NCBI GenBank assembly: GCA_037137535.1
Contig: JBAXKC010000001.1
Coordinates: 32,001-96,000 of the forward strand
Origin: a bacterium
Lineage (GTDB): Bacteria; Cyanobacteriota; Vampirovibrionia; Gastranaerophilales; JBAXKC01
Direction of reading: 5' to 3'
Length of the DNA stretch: 64,000 bases
Position numbers and translations under genes: made by a program. Each line of letters opens with the position of its first letter. The stretch's first letter is position 1. Under the pieces are notes generated by a model. That model searched no databases. It was given only the letters and a program-made list of their open reading frames with translations, and was not told the origin of the DNA. Below are positions 59,017 through 64,000 of the stretch, piece after piece.

Positions 59017-59679
59017 TTGGAGAACAATATGAAGCTTTTAGACATAAAAGAAAGACACAGCGTAAGAAATTTTTCAGACAAAGCTGTTCCTGATGAAATA
59101 ATTGAAAATATACTTGAAGCGGGAAGATTAGCTCCATCATGGGTAAATGTTCAGCCATGGCACTTTATTGCGATCAGAGATAAAGAAACTAAAGAGTTAT
59201 TAAAAGAACTCTCCAGCGGGCAACCTCATTTAGTAACAGCGGATACAGTCATCATTTGCTGTGGAAATAAAATGGCCTGGGAATACAACAATTATAAAGC
59301 TGTTATTACCTCCAAGCCTGGAATACCGCAAGAAAAAATAGACAGACTGCTTTCTTATCCAAACTTTAACCAAGAAGGGCAAGAAGCAGTAAAATTAAGA
59401 TGTGTGGAAGAAGTTACCTATGCCGTAGCATATATGACTCTTGAAGCTCACAAAAACGGTTTAGGCTGCTGTATAATAGGTGCTTTTGGGAATGAATTGA
59501 CAGAAACAAACCCTGAAGTCTATGAAAAAGTCAGAGAAAGATTAAATTTACCTGAAGAATTAATGATAATAACTTTATTACCCATAGGTTATTCCGCAGA
59601 GAAAAATATCGCTCCTAAAAAAAGAAAACAAAAAGAAGATGTTGTTTCTTATGAAAAATTTGGTAATAAAACCAAATAG
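59017..59679 (+). CDS. Nitroreductase family protein
   Basis: RHSVRNF, APS.VN.QPW.F, GLGCC.IG. Confidence 0.9.
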   Translation: MENNMKLLDIKERHSVRNFSDKAVPDEIIENILEAGRLAPSWVNVQPWHFIAIRDKETKELLKELSSGQPHLVTADTVIICCGNKMAWEYNNYKAVITSKPGIPQEKIDRLLSYPNFNQEGQEAVKLRCVEEVTYAVAYMTLEAHKNGLGCCIIGAFGNELTETNPEVYEKVRERLNLPEELMIITLLPIGYSAEKNIAPKKRKQKEDVVSYEKFGNKTK

Positions 59680-59753
59680 CAACATTTGATAATTGATTAA
59701 TTTAAAAATAAAATATTTTAATCTTTTGAGGATTAGTTATTATAAGAGAATAA

Positions 59754-59978
59754 TTAATCCTCGAAATAAATTTCCCACATTTTTATAGTTCCGCAATATT
59801 CACAACAAGCATGACCATTCATAAAATCGATATCAGGAACAAAAGTATAGCCATCAACGTTAAGTACAATCTGATCATTATTATTTATAGACTGCTTAAT
59901 TTCCCCTTTGCCTTTATAATTGGGGCTAAGCATTAAAGTAAATTTATCAGAACTATTACAATTTTTACATCTAAACAT
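59754..59978 (-). CDS. Small putative zinc-ribbon protein
   Basis: CKNC near the N-terminus and CEYC near the C-terminus. Confidence 0.65.
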   Translation of the reverse strand: MFRCKNCNSSDKFTLMLSPNYKGKGEIKQSINNNDQIVLNVDGYTFVPDIDFMNGHACCEYCGTIKMWEIYFED

Positions 59979-59981
59979 TCG

Positions 59982-60956
59982 TTATTTTTTCTTCTTTTTT
60001 CCACTTACTTTAGAATTAAAAGACTGATAAAGTAAAGTAAAACACACACTACCAAAGGGCAATAATAAAGTACCCATAACAAAATTTATGATTAAAGCAA
60101 CTATACTCTTTGGAGCTTCTAAAGTAATTTGAGATAAAATTACTTTATCAACTACAAAGAAATTAATTATTGATTTTATATAATATTGTACCCCATTATT
60201 TAAAATTTTAACCAAAAATGAATTCACTCCCAAAAAAGACAGTAAATAACTAAACGATGAAGAAATTAAAATTGAGATAATAGAGAAAAGAATTATAAAT
60301 CCACAAATTTTTCCAAAGTTATTATTAACAATCTGCCAGCTTTTTTTCAAATAACCAAACGAAGAATATTTTTCAAAAGCAAAGACTTGATTTGACAGAG
60401 ATATAAAAATTGAAATAATACCAAGAGAAATAAAAGAAATAAAGCTTAAAAATACAAGTCCAAAAATGGCAAAAGGAATGGGTAATCCGACTAAAGTCAA
60501 AGAACCGAACAGTATGGCAGGTCCCAACAGACAAATTAGCCATAAAACAGAAACTAAAAGAAGTAAATAAATATACTCCTTACTTTTAAGTTTGACAGCT
60601 GAAGAGTATTCTTGTAATTTTTTTAATTTAGTTCCTTTAATAACATCTTCAGATAATAAAATTGTAGAAATTATAGCAATCAGCAACTCCCAAAAGGCTT
60701 TCATAAAAAGCAAAAAGCCCGGGGCAAGGACAAGAAGAAGCCCTAAAATCAACAGCGGCATAAACCTAATTAAAGTTTGCTGTGGAAAATGAGACAAATA
60801 ACCCGTTTCTATATAGTAACAGCCACAAAAAATCCAAGAAATACCGATAATATGACCAATTATAGGGAAAAGCATTATTCTGGAAAAAGGGAAAATATTT
60901 TTAAAATAAAGCTTAATACTTTTAAAAATAATACTGAATATCCCTTTATTCTGCAT
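59982..60956 (-). CDS. Polytopic membrane protein of unknown function
   Basis: Multiple TM segments; 'LKKSWQIV..N' resembles GDPD-membrane-domain-like families. Confidence 0.7.
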   Translation of the reverse strand: MQNKGIFSIIFKSIKLYFKNIFPFSRIMLFPIIGHIIGISWIFCGCYYIETGYLSHFPQQTLIRFMPLLILGLLLVLAPGFLLFMKAFWELLIAIISTILLSEDVIKGTKLKKLQEYSSAVKLKSKEYIYLLLLVSVLWLICLLGPAILFGSLTLVGLPIPFAIFGLVFLSFISFISLGIISIFISLSNQVFAFEKYSSFGYLKKSWQIVNNNFGKICGFIILFSIISILISSSFSYLLSFLGVNSFLVKILNNGVQYYIKSIINFFVVDKVILSQITLEAPKSIVALIINFVMGTLLLPFGSVCFTLLYQSFNSKVSGKKKKK

Positions 60957-61066
60957 AAAAAATAATTTCCTTATTTGCCTTATAATATTTATTCTATGAC
61001 AAGCTATAATATACTAAATACGATTAACTTGTATCCGATAATTAAATTAAATTGCGTGAAAAATAA

Positions 61067-61717
61067 ATGAATAATGATTTTACAAAAATATTAAGTTCCT
61101 TATCAGAAAATGATTATTATGAAAATGCCAATTTCCATATACATTCAACTTGCTCTGATGGGCTTCTTTCTCCTGAAGCTATTATTAAAAATGCAGTAAA
61201 ATTAAACTTAAAATATATTTCAATTACAGATCATAATACACTTGATGCTTATAAGTCATTTGATTGTTTTAATCAAGCTAACCTTCAAGTAATAACGGGG
61301 GTTGAATTTGACTGCTGGCATAAAGGAACACTATTACATATTTTAGGATATGGGGTTGATATAAATAACAAAGAACTAAACAGTCTATGCGGGAAAAAAA
61401 ATATTGAAAAAAGAGCAGATGTTGTTAGATTTTTCAATCAAAGAGGTGCAAAACAAGTAATTGATTTTATAAAAAAAGCAGGTGGAACAGCAATTTTAGC
61501 TCATCCGGGATGTACGTTAAGAATAGGATTTAAACATTTTGTAAAAGAACTGAAATCATATGGTCTTGACGGATTAGAAGTTTATTACCCTTATAAAAAC
61601 TACAAAAAACTTATAAATATTCATAATAGAAAAAAACTTCTTGAACTATGCAAAGGATTAGATCTTTACGCCAGCGGCGGAAGTGATTGCCATGGTATTG
61701 ATTTAAGGTTAAGATAA
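61067..61717 (+). CDS. PHP-domain phosphoesterase (TrpH/YciV-like)
   Basis: HIHS.CSDG, ITDHN, GVE, HILGY, AHP, GGSDCH. Confidence 0.9.
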   Translation: MNNDFTKILSSLSENDYYENANFHIHSTCSDGLLSPEAIIKNAVKLNLKYISITDHNTLDAYKSFDCFNQANLQVITGVEFDCWHKGTLLHILGYGVDINNKELNSLCGKKNIEKRADVVRFFNQRGAKQVIDFIKKAGGTAILAHPGCTLRIGFKHFVKELKSYGLDGLEVYYPYKNYKKLINIHNRKKLLELCKGLDLYASGGSDCHGIDLRLR

Positions 61718-61721
61718 CAAT

Positions 61722-61756
61722 TTAAAGCGGTGAAGAATAACTCTTCACCACTTTAA
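61722..61756. terminator. Hairpin between convergent genes
   Basis: ttaaagcggtgaaga-ataac-tcttcaccactttaa. Confidence 0.7.
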
Positions 61757-61774
61757 GTTTATAAAAGAATATTT

Positions 61775-62812
61775 CTATTTCCAAATATTGTCTTCAGACA
61801 TATATTCTTGCTTCCAGCCAGCACTGCCAAGTCGTGTTTTTGCCCACATATTATTGCCTAAGTAGTCTTGAACAATATTACGTTCACTTAGCAAGAAATG
61901 ACCGTCAGGCTGTTTATAAATCACTTCTGCGGTTAAGATACGATAAGTAATTATACCGTACTCATTACGATGTATTGTCCAGTCACTATCAATAAGGATA
62001 ACTCTTTTAACAATACCCTCATATGCCATCAAAGCTTTTATTTCAGCTTCCAGCTTAGGATTTTTTTGTCCTGCTTTGTCTGGAATTACAGCGTTATATT
62101 CAGATTTATTAATCAAACTTGCCAGATTCTGCCATTTTGCAAAATTCTGACCGCTTAAATCCCACTTAATACTGGTTGAAGCAACTTCATCAATATTTCC
62201 ATACTCATAATAAACTTCAAATTTTACAGTATAAACTTTAGGGGCTAGCTTATAATAAGTATCTTCTTTTATCGCAAAAACTCTGTTTCTTAAATTAACT
62301 GTTTCTTCCCAAGGCTCTATAGTTTTATCGGTAGGGTCAACCCAAATTCTAAATGAGGTTTCCTTTTCTTTAGCTACATCTTTAACATATTCATCAGAAT
62401 CGCCCAGTTTTTTATCGCCATCATAAATAGCAACATTTACACGAATTTTCTGCATATCAGCAGGCTTATCGGTTGTATTAAAAGCCTGTTCAAAGGTTTT
62501 ATTATTTTTTGCATAAACAGCTAAAGAAACCGACATCCCCGGTGTAAATGAATTTATAAGAGCCTTGGACTTTGTGTCAAAAACTTCAATTTCACCACCG
62601 CTAAGTTTTTTAGCCACATTTTTTATGACTTCATTATGAGTATAATTAGATGGTGAAGTATACGTAGATGGTGATGTCATTTGACTTGCTTGATTTACCG
62701 CATCTTTTGCCTTGTTAAGAAAGGATTGAGGATCAAAAGCAAATGAAGTTGAACACATTGTTGAAAATAACAATAAAGATGAAATAATGATAGAGGATAT
62801 GTTTTTTTTCAT
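61775..62812 (-). CDS. Secreted hypothetical protein
   Basis: Sec-type signal (…STSFA|F); no recognised domain. Confidence 0.7.
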   Translation of the reverse strand: MKKNISSIIISSLLLFSTMCSTSFAFDPQSFLNKAKDAVNQASQMTSPSTYTSPSNYTHNEVIKNVAKKLSGGEIEVFDTKSKALINSFTPGMSVSLAVYAKNNKTFEQAFNTTDKPADMQKIRVNVAIYDGDKKLGDSDEYVKDVAKEKETSFRIWVDPTDKTIEPWEETVNLRNRVFAIKEDTYYKLAPKVYTVKFEVYYEYGNIDEVASTSIKWDLSGQNFAKWQNLASLINKSEYNAVIPDKAGQKNPKLEAEIKALMAYEGIVKRVILIDSDWTIHRNEYGIITYRILTAEVIYKQPDGHFLLSERNIVQDYLGNNMWAKTRLGSAGWKQEYMSEDNIWK

Positions 62813-62849
62813 AAAAATCTAAAATCCTTATTTTAATAACCTTTATAAT

Positions 62850-62890
62850 AAAAAATGCGAGACAAATTTTAAATTGACACCGCATTTTTT
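62850..62890 (-). terminator. Terminator after atpG
   Basis: aaaaaatgcg...cgcatttttt. Confidence 0.65.
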
Positions 62891-62905
62891 AAATTTTTAT
62901 ATTAA

Positions 62906-63814
62906 CTAACCTTTTAAAGCATTTGCTCCGCTTACTACTTCAAGAAGTTCCTGAGTAATACTAGATTGCCTTGCTTTATTGTAAATGAGTGAAAGTTTAT
63001 GAATCATCTCTGAAGCGTTTTTGGTTGCAGCTGCCATCGCTGTCATTCTTGCAGCCAATTCACTTGCAGCAGACTCTAATAAAGACTGATACACTCTGTT
63101 TGAAAGGTAAAGAGGAACTATTTTACTCAATACATCTTCAGGAGAAGGTTCAAATAACATTTCTTCCTGAATAATATTTTCTTTTTTCTCTTGAGAGACC
63201 TCAACAGGAAGTAATTGAAAATTTTGAACTTCAAAAGACATCAATGACTTAAACTTAGTAGTAATAACTTCAATTTTATCAATTTCAGCTTTTACATACG
63301 CTTCCGCAATATCCTCAACAATAACGCTTCCATTGCTTACCGTTGGAATAGCAGGCAACTTTACATAATTATTGATGATTTCATTATCGGTATTCTTTAA
63401 GGCATTTAATCCTTTTTGACCTACTACAAATAATTTAACCTGTAATCCTGACTGTTTAAGTTCTTTAATCCTTGAAACAGCCCTTCTTACGATATTAGCA
63501 TTATATGCACCTGCCAAGCCTTTATCGGAAGTAATTACAAGTAATCCAACCGTTTTAATATCACGCTGAGAAAGTAAAGCAGGATAATTATCTATAGCCA
63601 GTCGAGTTTTCATCTCCTTATTACCAATAACAGGATTAGTTTCCATAACTCTGGTAAAAGCCTTGATAAGCTCTTCAGAATAAGGTTTTGAGGCTTTAAC
63701 AGCATTTTCTGCTTTTTTAACTTTTGCAGCCGCAACCATTCTCATTGCCTGAGTGATTTTTTGGGTATTCTGAACGCTTTTTATTCTTCTTTTGATTTCT
63801 CTTAAATTAGCCAT
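62906..63814 (-). CDS. atpG: ATP synthase F1 gamma subunit
   Basis: QKITQAMRMVAAAK, SDKGLAGAYN, ASELAARM.AM..A..NA, RQ..ITQEL. Confidence 0.97.
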   Translation of the reverse strand: MANLREIKRRIKSVQNTQKITQAMRMVAAAKVKKAENAVKASKPYSEELIKAFTRVMETNPVIGNKEMKTRLAIDNYPALLSQRDIKTVGLLVITSDKGLAGAYNANIVRRAVSRIKELKQSGLQVKLFVVGQKGLNALKNTDNEIINNYVKLPAIPTVSNGSVIVEDIAEAYVKAEIDKIEVITTKFKSLMSFEVQNFQLLPVEVSQEKKENIIQEEMLFEPSPEDVLSKIVPLYLSNRVYQSLLESAASELAARMTAMAAATKNASEMIHKLSLIYNKARQSSITQELLEVVSGANALKG

Positions 63815-63823
63815 TATAACCCC

Positions 63824-64000
63824 TTAGCATGCAGTTAAAGCAAATAAATTATCTCTAAATTTAGAAAATTCGTCAGATAAAAGCTTTTGATTTTCTTCAC
63901 TAACTTTTGCTCCGGTATTAAATACTTTTTCAAGATCTTTAAGCTGAGTTGACAGATAACCGAACCAACTTTCTTTTAATTTAGCAATATCGTCATTCTC
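63824..64000 (-). CDS. atpA: ATP synthase F1 alpha subunit, 3' end (truncated by window)
   Basis: Open frame ENDDIAKLKESWFGYL...FRDNLFALTAC* immediately upstream of atpG; called mainly from position. Confidence 0.75.
   Translation of the reverse strand, partial: ENDDIAKLKESWFGYLSTQLKDLEKVFNTGAKVSEENQKLLSDEFSKFRDNLFALTAC

Noticed and set aside
1-64000. CRISPR array, tRNA/rRNA, transposase, integrase, prophage or defence island
   Set aside because: No regularly spaced repeats, cloverleaf or rRNA signatures, or corresponding protein motifs were seen.

Overview
AT-rich chromosomal window, mostly core genome, with no rRNA, tRNA, CRISPR array, transposase or prophage that I can detect. Several features point (by inference) to a non-photosynthetic Cyanobacteriota relative (Melainabacteria/Vampirovibrionia): truA-rplM-rpsI follows rplQ, atpA-atpG is not followed by atpD, SSB is short, rpmD is retained, AtpG lacks the cyanobacterial insertion, and the pilin-like proteins carry AFTLxE/DVNG motifs. 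Housekeeping content: the distal ribosomal protein cluster (rpsE to rpsI, including rpmD and rpmJ missed by the ORF track), atpA(3')-atpG, nrdJ, holA/holB, obg, serA, ssb, a UvrD helicase, rarA, rsmI, tcdA, a DnaJ protein, fixCX and a four-carbon acid sugar kinase/PdxA pair. Also present are transporters, many TPR proteins and scattered flagellum/pilus-linked genes (FlgM-like, fliW-csrA, PilO-like, two pilins). The most unusual items are: (1) a two-copy ~180-bp structured non-coding repeat with compensatory stem changes; (2) a protein built from four tandem GntR winged-helix domains; (3) ribosomal L17 with a four-Cys insertion; (4) a tandem pilin duplication with conserved flanks and a divergent head; (5) cytoplasmic-type proteins carrying FlgM-like N-terminal leaders, possibly flagellar-export substrates. 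All functional calls come from motif recognition only; no searches were run.
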